DNA from: a virus
Taxonomy: Duplodnaviria > Caudoviricetes
IMG/VR virus record: IMGVR_UViG_3300012943_000036
Span: 1 to 59,873 of that record
Reading direction: 5' to 3' (one strand)
Length of the DNA stretch: 59,873 nt
Positions 40,097-49,664 of this stretch are shown here, piece after piece; the first letter of the stretch is position 1, and each line of letters begins with the position of its first letter. The notes beneath the pieces are model-generated. The model was not told the origin of the DNA and made no database searches. It worked only from the letters and a program-made list of their open reading frames with translations. Position numbers and translations under genes: made by a program.

Positions 40097-40127
40097 GGGG
40101 GCCAGGCCCATCCCAAACCTGGCCCCC
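40097..40127 (-). terminator. Hairpin after the tail tube gene
   Basis: 10-bp stem GGGGGCCAGG/CCTGGCCCCC. Confidence 0.5.
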
Positions 40128-40151
40128 TACGCCTCCGTCTGAGGCGGCCCA

Positions 40152-41168
40152 TCAGGCGACGGCGGCTGCTCCGTTGACGATGGAGATGCTGCCGATGCCA
40201 GTCCCCGGGTCAGGCCGCACGGCCCTCCAAGAGATGTCGTTCTCGATCACGTCGTCGCCCGAGGGCTCCAGCGCGTAGGGCTCCAGCACGACCTTGGGGA
40301 TCGTGAAGGAAAGGCTGCCCTTCGTGGTACCGGTGACGTTCTCGTACGTCTGGGCCGTGATGACGAGCTGCTGCTTCGTCGTCAGACCACCGACGCCGGT
40401 GAGACTGTTCACGCCGTAGACCGCCTGACGCCACAGGTTGCTGTCCTGCGGTCGGATCGTGAAGGACCCGTTCACCTCACGCTGCTTGGCGGTCAGATCG
40501 CCCAGGAAGAACGAACCCATCCTGAAGTCGTCGTCCTCGAAGTTGTTGTTGATGTCGAGACTGAACGACTTGGCTGGGAGCGTCACACCGTTGTAGGTGA
40601 TCAGAATGTTCGTGCCGACGATCAGGGGCGAGTTATCCCAGAGGGTGTCGGCGTCGGTCGGCGTGATCCCGGCCAGCTGGAGCTTGGCGATGAGGCCAGC
40701 GGTGCCCATGAAGAACCCGTTGGCGTCCGACTCCAGGTGGAAGGTATTGACGACTGCGTCGGTGTAGTGGTACGACTCCAGGCCGGACCCGATCTTCTCC
40801 TCCACCGACAGGAACGGCAGCGTGGCCGAATCGGAGAACTCGAAGACGTGGGTGTTGGCACCGACGACAGGCGTGTCGACAGTGACGTCGTCCATGACTC
40901 CGAGCACACCCTGGATGAGGGTGCCGACCGCCTCCAGACGGACGTAGAACTCGTAGTCACCAGCCCATGAGGCGGCACCGAGGTAGGCGTCGGTCGTGTC
41001 ACGACCTCCACCGATCTCCGGGTCCGTCACGAGCAGGTCACGGTTCGGACCCAGCGAGCCGGAACGCAGCTTCATGAAGCGCGCCTCGGTTGCGAAGTCC
41101 GGGTCGAAGACGCCCGGCGCGGCCTGGGTCTTGAACCCTACCTGGCCGGACTGTGAGCTGAAGCCCAT
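40152..41168 (-). CDS. Major tail (tube) protein
   Basis: Position, 338 aa, strong codon bias, SFSLDINNN motif. Confidence 0.85.
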   Translation of the reverse strand: MGFSSQSGQVGFKTQAAPGVFDPDFATEARFMKLRSGSLGPNRDLLVTDPEIGGGRDTTDAYLGAASWAGDYEFYVRLEAVGTLIQGVLGVMDDVTVDTPVVGANTHVFEFSDSATLPFLSVEEKIGSGLESYHYTDAVVNTFHLESDANGFFMGTAGLIAKLQLAGITPTDADTLWDNSPLIVGTNILITYNGVTLPAKSFSLDINNNFEDDDFRMGSFFLGDLTAKQREVNGSFTIRPQDSNLWRQAVYGVNSLTGVGGLTTKQQLVITAQTYENVTGTTKGSLSFTIPKVVLEPYALEPSGDDVIENDISWRAVRPDPGTGIGSISIVNGAAAVA

Positions 41169-41174
41169 GTCAGA

Positions 41175-41447
41175 TCACTCCTTCTTCTCGGTCGCAGGGG
41201 CCGGGACCTCGCCGTCGGGAAGCGTCGCAGCGACGCTCTCCTTCTTGGAGGCGGCTTGGGCAGCGGCGCGTGCCGCTTCGAGCTGAGCAGTCAGGCGGTT
41301 CTCTTCGCCCTTGAGCTGAGCCATCGTGATCTCGTTCGAGCGGTCCTGGACAGTCTCCGCAGCCTTCTGCGCCTGCGCCTCGATCTGCTCACGCAGCTTC
41401 GCGTTCTTCTTCTGCTGCGCGTCCAGGTCCTTCTGGGTTACTGCCAT
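41175..41447 (-). CDS. Small coiled-coil protein
   Basis: ATG 41447 coupled to upstream stop. Confidence 0.65.
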   Translation of the reverse strand: MAVTQKDLDAQQKKNAKLREQIEAQAQKAAETVQDRSNEITMAQLKGEENRLTAQLEAARAAAQAASKKESVAATLPDGEVPAPATEKKE

Positions 41448-41941
41448 CAGGACATCTCCGTTTCTAGCCAAAGGTCCAACACACTGATTGTGACGAACGT
41501 GCCCTCGATATCGTTACTCATGAAGCGCTGGTTTCTGATCCCCCAGCGTCTCATGGATTCTAACGAGTCGCCATCTGACACGGTCAACGAGCGCAACGCT
41601 ACACGGAGGGGCTCGTTCCTGTAAACGACCGTGCGAACGCGCTTCGTCAAGATGCTACTAACCTGCAGTCCGCGTTGAGAATCACCATCCTTGATCAGGG
41701 TCTGAATCCCGATCTGGTATCTGTTGAGGGTTGCCTCTTGTGGGGCTACATGACCAATCTCGTACGAGTCTATTTCCGGCTCCCAGAGAGTGCCGTAGAC
41801 TCCAATCGAGTAGTTGGGATCTGTGGGACGAAGGGGGCGCGGAAAGCACCTCACATCTTCGTCAATTCCAGGCAGAACAGCGGCGAGGCAAGTCACGACG
41901 TTGTTCGGGAAGACTGGATTCAGTGCAGGATCAATAGCCAT
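41447..41941 (-). CDS. Putative tail terminator
   Basis: Position and size in the neck module. Confidence 0.55.
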   Translation of the reverse strand: MAIDPALNPVFPNNVVTCLAAVLPGIDEDVRCFPRPLRPTDPNYSIGVYGTLWEPEIDSYEIGHVAPQEATLNRYQIGIQTLIKDGDSQRGLQVSSILTKRVRTVVYRNEPLRVALRSLTVSDGDSLESMRRWGIRNQRFMSNDIEGTFVTISVLDLWLETEMS

Positions 41942-42432
41942 CAGACCTTCATCCCCTCTGAAAGATAGTCTGCGAACATGATCGTCGCGGCTATCAGATC
42001 CGTGTCGGTCAGACCGAGAACAGGACGAGCAACCGTGCGCTCGTCTCCACGCTGGGCGACCTGAACCTTCTCAAGCAACTCGCCGGTCGGCGCTGCGCCA
42101 GGGTAAGCCATCGCAGCGCCGTACGAAGTGGGATAGGCGTTCCAACCGCTGTCAACAACCCAACGCTCAAGTTCACCAGTACGACGGTTGATCGGGTGTT
42201 CTCCACCATAGTTCTGAGAGAGACGAATGTTGACTGTAGCTTCCTTCAGTGGTGCCCACTTGCCAACGGCGTCGTCACCCTCTGCGGCAAACCGACGCCT
42301 GGCACGCTCTTGAAGGTACTCTGCTACGGGTCCACTCAGGAACGCAGAGGACAGCAATCCCGGACCTAAAAGGACCAGAAGTCGATCAAGAGCTTCCTCG
42401 GGACTCAGACCTGTGATCGACCAGAACCACAT
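41941..42432 (-). CDS. Virion morphogenesis/tail completion protein (Mu gpG-like)
   Basis: RRFAAEG..KWAPL, RTGEL, ARPVLG motifs. Confidence 0.75.
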   Translation of the reverse strand: MWFWSITGLSPEEALDRLLVLLGPGLLSSAFLSGPVAEYLQERARRRFAAEGDDAVGKWAPLKEATVNIRLSQNYGGEHPINRRTGELERWVVDSGWNAYPTSYGAAMAYPGAAPTGELLEKVQVAQRGDERTVARPVLGLTDTDLIAATIMFADYLSEGMKV

Positions 42433-43136
42433 CAGACAACCCCAATACTTCCGGGCACAAGTTCAGACGAGCCATCCCACACTGTCACCGAGAGTGGAAT
42501 CTCAGATGAACCATCCCACAAACTCCAAGAAGGATCTTCAGAAGGAACATAACCGACAGGAAGGTTCATGTAGTCGATTATCTCTTCATCGGTAAGGCTA
42601 ACACCAAGGAAAACACGAAGATCATCAATCGGTCCGTTTGCAGCCCAAGCACTCAGTGTAAGACTACCAGGAGTGGATCCAGTTTTAGCCTGACTTCCCT
42701 TGGTGACTCCATCCTGAATCATGCGCGCATTAGCGCCATCCCAAGCAAACGCAAGATGAATCCACTCGTTTAATGTTAGAGCAGTTCCACCAACCGCACT
42801 CAATCCAGAATCTGCACGAACGTTTCCCTGAACAACTCCTGCTGGACCAAAAGAACTACGAGAATACCAAACAGTAAACTCGGAATTGGAACTAGCTCCA
42901 AGCGATCCATCAAGAAACCCAAACGCAAGAGCGTTTCCAGTAAGAACACTTGGCTTGCACCAAGCCATAATGGTGCATGCATGCAAAGCTGCCCAGCCGC
43001 CTAGAGAAAGAGACGAGATCAAGCCGCCTGCTGTGTGGCCAGCTCCTATGACTCCACCAACAAAGTCGTGTCCATTACCAGACTGATCAGATCCGTCTGT
43101 ATCAAACGAATACTCAGCGTCAGGAACAGTCATCAC
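42432..43136 (-). CDS. LamG/concanavalin A-like domain protein
   Basis: TIMAW, WIHLAFAWDG, GPIDDLRVF..LT.EEI. Confidence 0.85.
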   Translation of the reverse strand: MMTVPDAEYSFDTDGSDQSGNGHDFVGGVIGAGHTAGGLISSLSLGGWAALHACTIMAWCKPSVLTGNALAFGFLDGSLGASSNSEFTVWYSRSSFGPAGVVQGNVRADSGLSAVGGTALTLNEWIHLAFAWDGANARMIQDGVTKGSQAKTGSTPGSLTLSAWAANGPIDDLRVFLGVSLTDEEIIDYMNLPVGYVPSEDPSWSLWDGSSEIPLSVTVWDGSSELVPGSIGVV

Positions 43137-43423
43137 GGAGTCCTGACGATAACAGTCCCCGCTGCAGTCCCACCTGGAATAGGATCAGCAGAACCAAGAA
43201 CAAGTACATTTGATAAACCAGGATCACCCTGGTCGCCCTTTAGGCTCGCAAGCCACTCTGCCTCTGTTCCATTGAACCCGTTTGACACTGCAATGTCGTA
43301 TGCAGAAGCACCTGGATCACCTGGATCACCCGGAGTGCCTGGATCACCTGGAGCGCCTGGGTCACCTGGATCACCTGGGTCGCCCTTTGGGCCTTTGAGA
43401 TTAGTAACAAGTGTCCAAGGCAT
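43133..43423 (-). CDS. Short collagen-like protein
   Basis: Gly-X-Y run and SAYDIAV.NGF.GTEAEWLASLKG motif. Confidence 0.8.
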   Translation of the reverse strand: MPWTLVTNLKGPKGDPGDPGDPGAPGDPGTPGDPGDPGASAYDIAVSNGFNGTEAEWLASLKGDQGDPGLSNVLVLGSADPIPGGTAAGTVIVRTP

Positions 43424-44125
43424 CTACGCACTCCATACATACAAGTCGCCCGAAGTGCCATCGAGATAAAGAATGTCATCTTCGTTAGCTGGGGGACCAG
43501 TAGGAGCGCCGCTACCTTCGGTAATTCCGCCACTTTCAACAATGATGGGCACTTGATTCTCGATCACGTCAGTGTCGTACGGCTTTGCAGGAGGAATCAT
43601 TCCAGGCACTGTCGGCGGCGGAACAGGGTAGAGGGGAGTCGAGTATCGGTTGTAGAAGTTCTCAACGAGTGAGTAACCATCTTGATTGACGAAAGATAGC
43701 TTCGTATTGTCGAGTTCGGTGGCTTCGTCACCGTCACCGAGGAGGGGGATCTGCAACTGGATCTTGCCACTACAGATGGCTTCCAGGAGGTCCGTCGCCT
43801 CTTGCCACATACTCTTACCGTACGCCTGAAGCGCACGATCCTCCCCACCAGCGGCCTGATCCATGAGGATCCGACCGCTGGCGAGGAGTTGGTTGATCTT
43901 CTTGAGGAGGAGCTTGGAGGGGCGGACAGCAGCGGTAGCAGCTTCGTCCGTCTCCAGTGCGGTAAAGTCCACCGGCGTCTTGTAGGTGTGACCGATCTCG
44001 GCGTCGATCTCATCTGATGCGAGGTCAACCATCGCCTGACCGTCCCCGTACTTCGCCGCTAGGGGAATGTCTCCGGTCAGGAGGTCAGTCTTATCGCAAT
44101 ACGCCACTCCAAGCTCCTCGCTCAA
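43424..44125 (-). CDS. Head-tail adaptor (Mu gp36-like) with C-terminal extension
   Basis: AYC...DL, ASDEIDAEI..Y..P, A..LLEAI..GKIQL; TTG start. Confidence 0.7.
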   Translation of the reverse strand: MSEELGVAYCDKTDLLTGDIPLAAKYGDGQAMVDLASDEIDAEIGHTYKTPVDFTALETDEAATAAVRPSKLLLKKINQLLASGRILMDQAAGGEDRALQAYGKSMWQEATDLLEAICSGKIQLQIPLLGDGDEATELDNTKLSFVNQDGYSLVENFYNRYSTPLYPVPPPTVPGMIPPAKPYDTDVIENQVPIIVESGGITEGSGAPTGPPANEDDILYLDGTSGDLYVWSA

Positions 44126-44135
44126 TTACCTCAGG

Positions 44136-44534
44136 TCAGCTCTCGCTGCCCGAGGGTGAGGACGGGGAGTCGCTCGGGGGGGAGTCGGACCCCCCGCCCT
44201 CGTCTTCGTCGTCGAGGCTGTCAGGCGTCGACGCCTCCGGGTCCTTCGCGTTGACGAAGTCATCGGCGATCTCGTCGTCGACTCCTTCCCCGACACCCGG
44301 CTTCTCCGTCTCCGAAGAGTAGGTCTGGTACTCCGGGTTGACCCCGACGTAACCAGTCCTGTCCACGTCGCCGTAGTCGCGCCCACTGTCGGACTCGTCG
44401 GCCTCGTAGATCTCGGCGGTGGAGAGAACCTTGGAAGAACGGTTCTCGTTGGCCCGGCGCTCCTCGGCGTCGAGCTGGGCGGCGGACGGAGCGTACTGAG
44501 CCTCGTCCTCCTTCTTGCGGCTTCCAGCGGCCAT
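44136..44534 (-). CDS. Acidic hypothetical protein after the capsid gene
   Basis: Strong codon bias; YVGVNPEYQ. Confidence 0.7.
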   Translation of the reverse strand: MAAGSRKKEDEAQYAPSAAQLDAEERRANENRSSKVLSTAEIYEADESDSGRDYGDVDRTGYVGVNPEYQTYSSETEKPGVGEGVDDEIADDFVNAKDPEASTPDSLDDEDEGGGSDSPPSDSPSSPSGSES

Positions 44535-44553
44535 GTCTCTCAGATCCCTTCAG

Positions 44554-45768
44554 TCACTCGGTCACGGTGACGGCGTAGGTGAGGTCCATGTGCGGGAACA
44601 CCGGGAAGGCCTTGATGCCGGTACCGGCGTCCTGGCCCCACGGGTCCGTGGTCGACTTCTCCCACTCGTAGAAGCCGGGGGTGAACCCGCCCTCCGGGTG
44701 AGGCGAGGTCAGGGTCTTGGCGAACCCGATCTCGGTGTCGTCGATCTCGTTCACGTCCTCCTGGTTCGGCAGGAAGACCATGCGGCCCTCCGTGAAGAAG
44801 CGGTTGTTGGTGACCGTCTTCGAGCCGACCGGACGAGTCCGGTAGACGTTGTCGTCCAGGATGAACTTGACCCCGGTGGCGTTCTCCACGACCTGGCGAG
44901 CCGCGTCGGGACCCCAGCCGTCGATGAGGTAGTTCAGGTCGGGCGGCTCCAGGGAGCCACCGGGCTGAACCGCTCCACCCAGACCAGCGCGCTGGCTGAA
45001 CTTGGAGGAGTTCACGATCCGGCGGATGACCTTCTTCGTGGTCAGGATGCGATCCATGCGGACACCGTAGGTGTCGTACATGTACTCCTGCACGTCGAGA
45101 ATCATGCCGATCGGGTCGTGCGTGTCGGCCGACCAGTCGGTCACACCGTCAGTGATCTGGTCACCCAGGTCGTTGGCGGCGTTGCTCGCCGACTGTGCGG
45201 CCGGACGGCCCCAGTCGATCGAGAACTTGATCTTGCCGTCGTTGTACGCCAGCAGGCCGGTGTCGAGCGAGCTCATGATGAGCCAGTTGATCCGGTTGTC
45301 CAGCTTGCGCCGACGACGACTGGCGTCACGGGCGAACTTCGACGCGAAGTCCTCGAGCATCGAGCCGACAGTGAGCGGCAGGTCGCCCGCCTTCATCGCC
45401 TCGTAGATACGCAGGAACTCCCGGTAGCGGGTCACGTCCGAGGCGTCGTAGTGGTCCTTGAGGGCCCAGTCGATCACCGACGCACGGCCCTCTCCGACGA
45501 CCACGTCGTCCTTCTGAGCCAGCTCGGACTCGGCGTCCTCGGCGCGTGCCGGGGCCAGTCCGTCCGTCTCGCCAGTGATGTACTGGAAGATCACGTCGTC
45601 CGTCGCCACGTCCAAGAACGGGGCGAAGTCCAGACCCAGGTGACCCTGGGGGACGGGCATCTCTCGGATCTGACCGAGGGACACCTCCTTGCGGATGATG
45701 CGGTCCTGACCGATCGCAGTCGCGTTGAGGAACTGCGTCAGGGTGTTGCTGAAAAGCTTTACACTCAT
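44554..45768 (-). CDS. Major capsid protein (lambda gpE-like)
   Basis: AAGGAG RBS, ATG 45768; follows the decoration gene; TTDP..AFPV C-terminus; extreme codon bias. Confidence 0.9.
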   Translation of the reverse strand: MSVKLFSNTLTQFLNATAIGQDRIIRKEVSLGQIREMPVPQGHLGLDFAPFLDVATDDVIFQYITGETDGLAPARAEDAESELAQKDDVVVGEGRASVIDWALKDHYDASDVTRYREFLRIYEAMKAGDLPLTVGSMLEDFASKFARDASRRRRKLDNRINWLIMSSLDTGLLAYNDGKIKFSIDWGRPAAQSASNAANDLGDQITDGVTDWSADTHDPIGMILDVQEYMYDTYGVRMDRILTTKKVIRRIVNSSKFSQRAGLGGAVQPGGSLEPPDLNYLIDGWGPDAARQVVENATGVKFILDDNVYRTRPVGSKTVTNNRFFTEGRMVFLPNQEDVNEIDDTEIGFAKTLTSPHPEGGFTPGFYEWEKSTTDPWGQDAGTGIKAFPVFPHMDLTYAVTVTE

Positions 45769-45778
45769 AGCAGACTCC

Positions 45779-46234
45779 TTACTTGAACTTGATGTCGAGG
45801 TTCTTCTTCCCGACAAGCGCGGCTGCGGTCGTGTCACCGAGAGCGCCACGGACACCCGTGACTCGCTCGAAGCACCAACCCTGGACGACGGCACCTTCGT
45901 AGGTCACAGCGACCTCGACGTCTCGCTCCAGCAGCTGCCAGGGCAAGAAGGTGTCGTTGATGCCGACGATGTTCGTCAGGGTCTGACGGCCATCGGTGGC
46001 GTTGACGTCGTACGGCCCGATCTTCCCGGTGTCGCCTCCGGAGGTGATCTTCGCCATGACTTCACCAGACTGCAGAACCTTCTGGTTTGCCACGCCGTTG
46101 ACCGTCTCCAGGGCCACAGTCGAAGCCGCAACAGTGTACGACTCCTTCCGAGGCTTCGGGTCCGTGGAGCGCAGGTAGACGTTCTTGCCGAACGGATCCG
46201 GCTGAGTACCCGGCCCCTTGGTGAAACTAGCCAT
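45779..46234 (-). CDS. Head decoration protein (lambda gpD-like)
   Basis: GEVMAKIT..GKIGPYD..ATDGRQT..GI. Confidence 0.8.
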   Translation of the reverse strand: MASFTKGPGTQPDPFGKNVYLRSTDPKPRKESYTVAASTVALETVNGVANQKVLQSGEVMAKITSGGDTGKIGPYDVNATDGRQTLTNIVGINDTFLPWQLLERDVEVAVTYEGAVVQGWCFERVTGVRGALGDTTAAALVGKKNLDIKFK

Positions 46235-46284
46235 ATCGGCTGCTCCTCAGGACTCGTTGTTTTCGGTGGTGGGTGTTGTTGCTG

Positions 46285-47679
46285 TCAGCTCTGGGCCGCA
46301 TTGAGAGCCTGGAGCTCGATCCAGGACGGGGTCTTCTCGACCTGGTCCTGGGGCATCGACCGCTGGTGCATGGACACGATGCCTTCCAGACGACTGCGCT
46401 TCTGCTCCGGCGTCTCCGAGGAGTTCGTCAGACCAGGAACGGGCGTCACCTGGGTCCCACCGCCTTGGGTGTCAGGGGCGTGGTTGTCGAACAGGCCGAT
46501 AGCGGGCGAGGACTCGTAGGAGGCCTTGAACGCGTCGAACTGTGCGTCGGACATCGCCGGGGTGCTGCCATCGGCTGAGCCGTTGACAAGCGCCACGAGG
46601 CTGTCCACCTGCGGGGCGGGGATCTTGTTCGCAGCCGCCAGACCCTCGACGAAGGAGACGCGATGCGCCGCCGTTGCCTCGGCCTGTGCCTGCGTGGTCT
46701 TGTTGATGTATGCCTGGATCGCGGCCTGGTCGGTGACCATCTTGCCGTCGATCATCACACCCTGGAAGGCGTTGGCACTGTTCGCGGGAGGCGTCGCGGG
46801 CTCGGAAGCCGGGGCCTCGTCGCTGCCGGGAGTCTCCGGAGCCTCGCTGGGCTCGGTGACCGGCTCGGTCGGTGGCTGCTCGTCGGGGACCGGTGCAGGG
46901 GTCACAGCCGGGTCCGTCGTCGCCTGAGGCTCGGTTGCGCCCTGGGCCATGTCGTTCTCCTTCTTGTGGTTGAGCAGAATCCTCTGCTGGACACGCAGGG
47001 GGGACTCTGCTTTCGCCCTGCCTGCATGGTTGTAGAAGGACAGGTCCCACTTGTTCGTGGCAGCCTGAGCCTCCTCGTCCGCTGTGTCCGTCACCTCGTC
47101 CGCGAGCCCGGCATCGACCGCCTCGCGTCCGTTGTACCAGACTTCTTCACGCATCAGATCGCGGAAGCTCTCTTCGCTGACATCAGTGAAGCCACGCCTC
47201 TTGGCAGCCTCGGCGTAGATGTCAGCGATGTTGTTTGAGAGGTTGCTCAAGACACGAGCTGTGTCGAGCATGTCCTGCTCGTTGCCGTACGCGAAGGCGA
47301 TGCCGTCGTGAATCATCATCTCGGCATTGCGAGCCATGATCAGCTTGGTGCCGCCCTGAGCGATGAAAGAGGCAGCACTGGCTGCGAGTCCGTCGACGTA
47401 GACGTGAACCTCGGCCTTGTGCTGCCTCAATGCGTTGTAGATCGCCAGGCCATCGAAGATCTCGCCACCCGGCGAATTCAGGTGGAGCTCCAGGAGAGGA
47501 GCGTCGATCTTGTTGAGCTCCTTGACGAAGTCCGCAGCCTCAGTGCCCCAGAAGCCGATCTCGTCGTAGATGTAGACCTTGGGAGTCTCACCATCTTCGT
47601 TGACGAAGTTGAACCAGTCGCCTCTTGGAAGGTCACCAGTCCGACGCATGGTGAAGCTCGGACGGGGCAGTTTGCGCAT
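46285..47679 (-). CDS. ClpP-type capsid maturation protease fused to a scaffold
   Basis: IYDEIG, LNSPGG, DGLAASAAS, MMIH, EAV.AGLADEV; low-complexity C-terminus. Confidence 0.92.
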   Translation of the reverse strand: MRKLPRPSFTMRRTGDLPRGDWFNFVNEDGETPKVYIYDEIGFWGTEAADFVKELNKIDAPLLELHLNSPGGEIFDGLAIYNALRQHKAEVHVYVDGLAASAASFIAQGGTKLIMARNAEMMIHDGIAFAYGNEQDMLDTARVLSNLSNNIADIYAEAAKRRGFTDVSEESFRDLMREEVWYNGREAVDAGLADEVTDTADEEAQAATNKWDLSFYNHAGRAKAESPLRVQQRILLNHKKENDMAQGATEPQATTDPAVTPAPVPDEQPPTEPVTEPSEAPETPGSDEAPASEPATPPANSANAFQGVMIDGKMVTDQAAIQAYINKTTQAQAEATAAHRVSFVEGLAAANKIPAPQVDSLVALVNGSADGSTPAMSDAQFDAFKASYESSPAIGLFDNHAPDTQGGGTQVTPVPGLTNSSETPEQKRSRLEGIVSMHQRSMPQDQVEKTPSWIELQALNAAQS

Positions 47680-47692
47680 GCGGGACACCTTA
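47680..47692 (-). promoter_or_regulatory. Putative leaderless promoter -10 element
   Basis: TAAGGT 7 nt before the protease ATG; no SD. Confidence 0.45.
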
Positions 47693-47727
47693 CATGGTAT
47701 CCCTACCGACAACGCAACTACCAAGCG

Positions 47728-47991
47728 TTAGCCGATTACCGCGACAGGTAGATCCTCGTGAGTCTCTTCCAGCTCTGCCTGCTTGCCAACGATGCGGATT
47801 ACATGCCAGCGAAGACAGTTCCTGCATCGGATCTTTACGATCCCGCCTTCGACAACTAGTTCACCGAAGATGCGACGAGCCTTCCAGATCTTCACATGGA
47901 CGTAGAGGACATCCTTTGAGTCGATCCCGTAGGTCGCAAGAAGTGGGGTGCGAGCGCAGAAGCATCGCAGCTCGTGTTCACGGCGCGGCAT
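47728..47991 (-). CDS. Com-like zinc-ribbon protein
   Basis: ELRCFC..PLL ... KIRCRNC. Confidence 0.65.
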   Translation of the reverse strand: MPRREHELRCFCARTPLLATYGIDSKDVLYVHVKIWKARRIFGELVVEGGIVKIRCRNCLRWHVIRIVGKQAELEETHEDLPVAVIG

Positions 47992-49660
47992 CGACGAGGA
48001 TCCTGTTCACCATCCAGTTCATGTGCCCGCTCAAAGCACTCATGAATGACTCTGGACTGTCATAGGTCGCCGCATAGTCGTTGAGCAGAATCTCAAGCTT
48101 CTGGTAGAACTCCCTGGTAGCACCAGCAGCATTCTCGATGCCAGCGTCAACTAGCGCCGACTCGAACTTACGCTGAAAGCCGAGGCTGAATTCGGTTTCG
48201 CGGATCTTTCCGCGCTCGAAGGCGTTGTAGACCTGCTGCTCGATTCGATCACTCAAAGACCCGACTACCAATCGAACCGTAGTCCGATTCTCTGTAGCGT
48301 CACCCGCACTCCCGGCCCCACCATCGGGTGCCTGGGAGGGCTGGGTGGGATCTCCGGGCTGCGCCGGGTCGGCGGTGAGCGTCTTGACCTCTGTGAGGCT
48401 CAGGCCAGCGATCTCTCCGAGCTGCTCTAGGTCAGCCTTGACCCCACCCTTGGCGATCAGTGCGCGAACCACGTCACGAACCAGGTCTTCGTTCTCAGCT
48501 CCGAGGCGACGGAACCTGATCTTCGGCAGAGACGCGTTGGTTCCGAAGTTAAAGTCACGCATCGGCTTGAGCAAGTACCAGTTGACATACTCACGCCAGT
48601 CACCTGCGACAGCGTTCAGCATCCAACGGTAGGTCATGCCTTGAGTGTTTCCGAGGTTGTAGGAGCCGACCGACGCGGTACGCATCATCAGAATGGGCGT
48701 GAAGAGCGCCAGGCTCTTCTCCTCGTCAAGACGAGTCATGTACCGCTCAAAGTCAGCACCCCTCATCTGCGATTCCAGGTACTGGATCTGGTAGTCGAAG
48801 TCTGGCTTGCTCTCGGAGTCTGACCAGGCTGTCTTGTCGTTCGGAAGAACGACAGCAGATCGGTTCCTGAGCTGCCCCAGGATGATCTCCATTGCCTGGT
48901 TGCCCTTCATCTCCTCGCCCATGAAGCGCAAGTCGTCATCGAAGGGGGCACGACCGATGGGGGTCGGCTCGCCGTAGCGCTCGAAGTACCTGTTGGCGAA
49001 GAGGTGAAGCAGGATCGAGAAGAACCAGGGCTGGAACGCAGGTCGAAGAAGCTTTCGACCTGAGTAATTCCCGTTCTCCATCAGGCAGGGATACCAGAAG
49101 GAGTTGTCTACTGGAACCGTCGGCCCGAGAAGCTGCTTGATCCCATCGAAGACCGAGATCTTGTGGGTACCAATCCCGTCCTGCTTCTTCCAGTTGACAT
49201 GAGACATCTCGGGTACAAGGTCATGCACCTTGTCGATGACGATGCGACGAGAGCCTACGTCGTTGTTCCAGTCGATCACGTTCGGCGAGTACCCAGCCCA
49301 GAACGCTTGAGACATGGACCGCACGAGCGGGGTCCACATGTTCTCGATCTGCTCGGTGTAGAAGGTCTTTTGCTTGGTGTCGTCACACTCGATGCGCCAG
49401 TCCATCTGATGCAGGAGGAACGTCAGAACAGCCAAGGAAGCGCTGATCTGGTAATCGTCACGCATCTGTCGGAAGTCACCGACGTCGAGACGGTCCAAGT
49501 CGAACATGATCGCACCACCGCCCGGCAAGCTCATCACTTGAGCGTTCGGGCCACCCCAAGCGGCGTACTTGTCGCCGACGGTTGGAGCAGGCGCCTTCTT
49601 GTTCTTGAAGGCCATGTACTTGTCGATGGGCTGCCCGTTCGGGCCGACCAGCTCGGACAT
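47978..49660 (-). CDS. Portal protein (Mu gp29/DUF935-like)
   Basis: After terminase; GRKLLR..W, FERYGEP.P.G, GSYNLG. Confidence 0.88.
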   Translation of the reverse strand: MSELVGPNGQPIDKYMAFKNKKAPAPTVGDKYAAWGGPNAQVMSLPGGGAIMFDLDRLDVGDFRQMRDDYQISASLAVLTFLLHQMDWRIECDDTKQKTFYTEQIENMWTPLVRSMSQAFWAGYSPNVIDWNNDVGSRRIVIDKVHDLVPEMSHVNWKKQDGIGTHKISVFDGIKQLLGPTVPVDNSFWYPCLMENGNYSGRKLLRPAFQPWFFSILLHLFANRYFERYGEPTPIGRAPFDDDLRFMGEEMKGNQAMEIILGQLRNRSAVVLPNDKTAWSDSESKPDFDYQIQYLESQMRGADFERYMTRLDEEKSLALFTPILMMRTASVGSYNLGNTQGMTYRWMLNAVAGDWREYVNWYLLKPMRDFNFGTNASLPKIRFRRLGAENEDLVRDVVRALIAKGGVKADLEQLGEIAGLSLTEVKTLTADPAQPGDPTQPSQAPDGGAGSAGDATENRTTVRLVVGSLSDRIEQQVYNAFERGKIRETEFSLGFQRKFESALVDAGIENAAGATREFYQKLEILLNDYAATYDSPESFMSALSGHMNWMVNRILVDAAP

Positions 49661-49664
49661 GCAG

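Noticed and set aside
44515-45786. Long antisense and alternate-frame ORFs (44515..45786 +, 7162..8121 +, 34214..35095 +, 52688..53845 +)
   Set aside because: Shadows of strongly codon-biased real genes; no motifs
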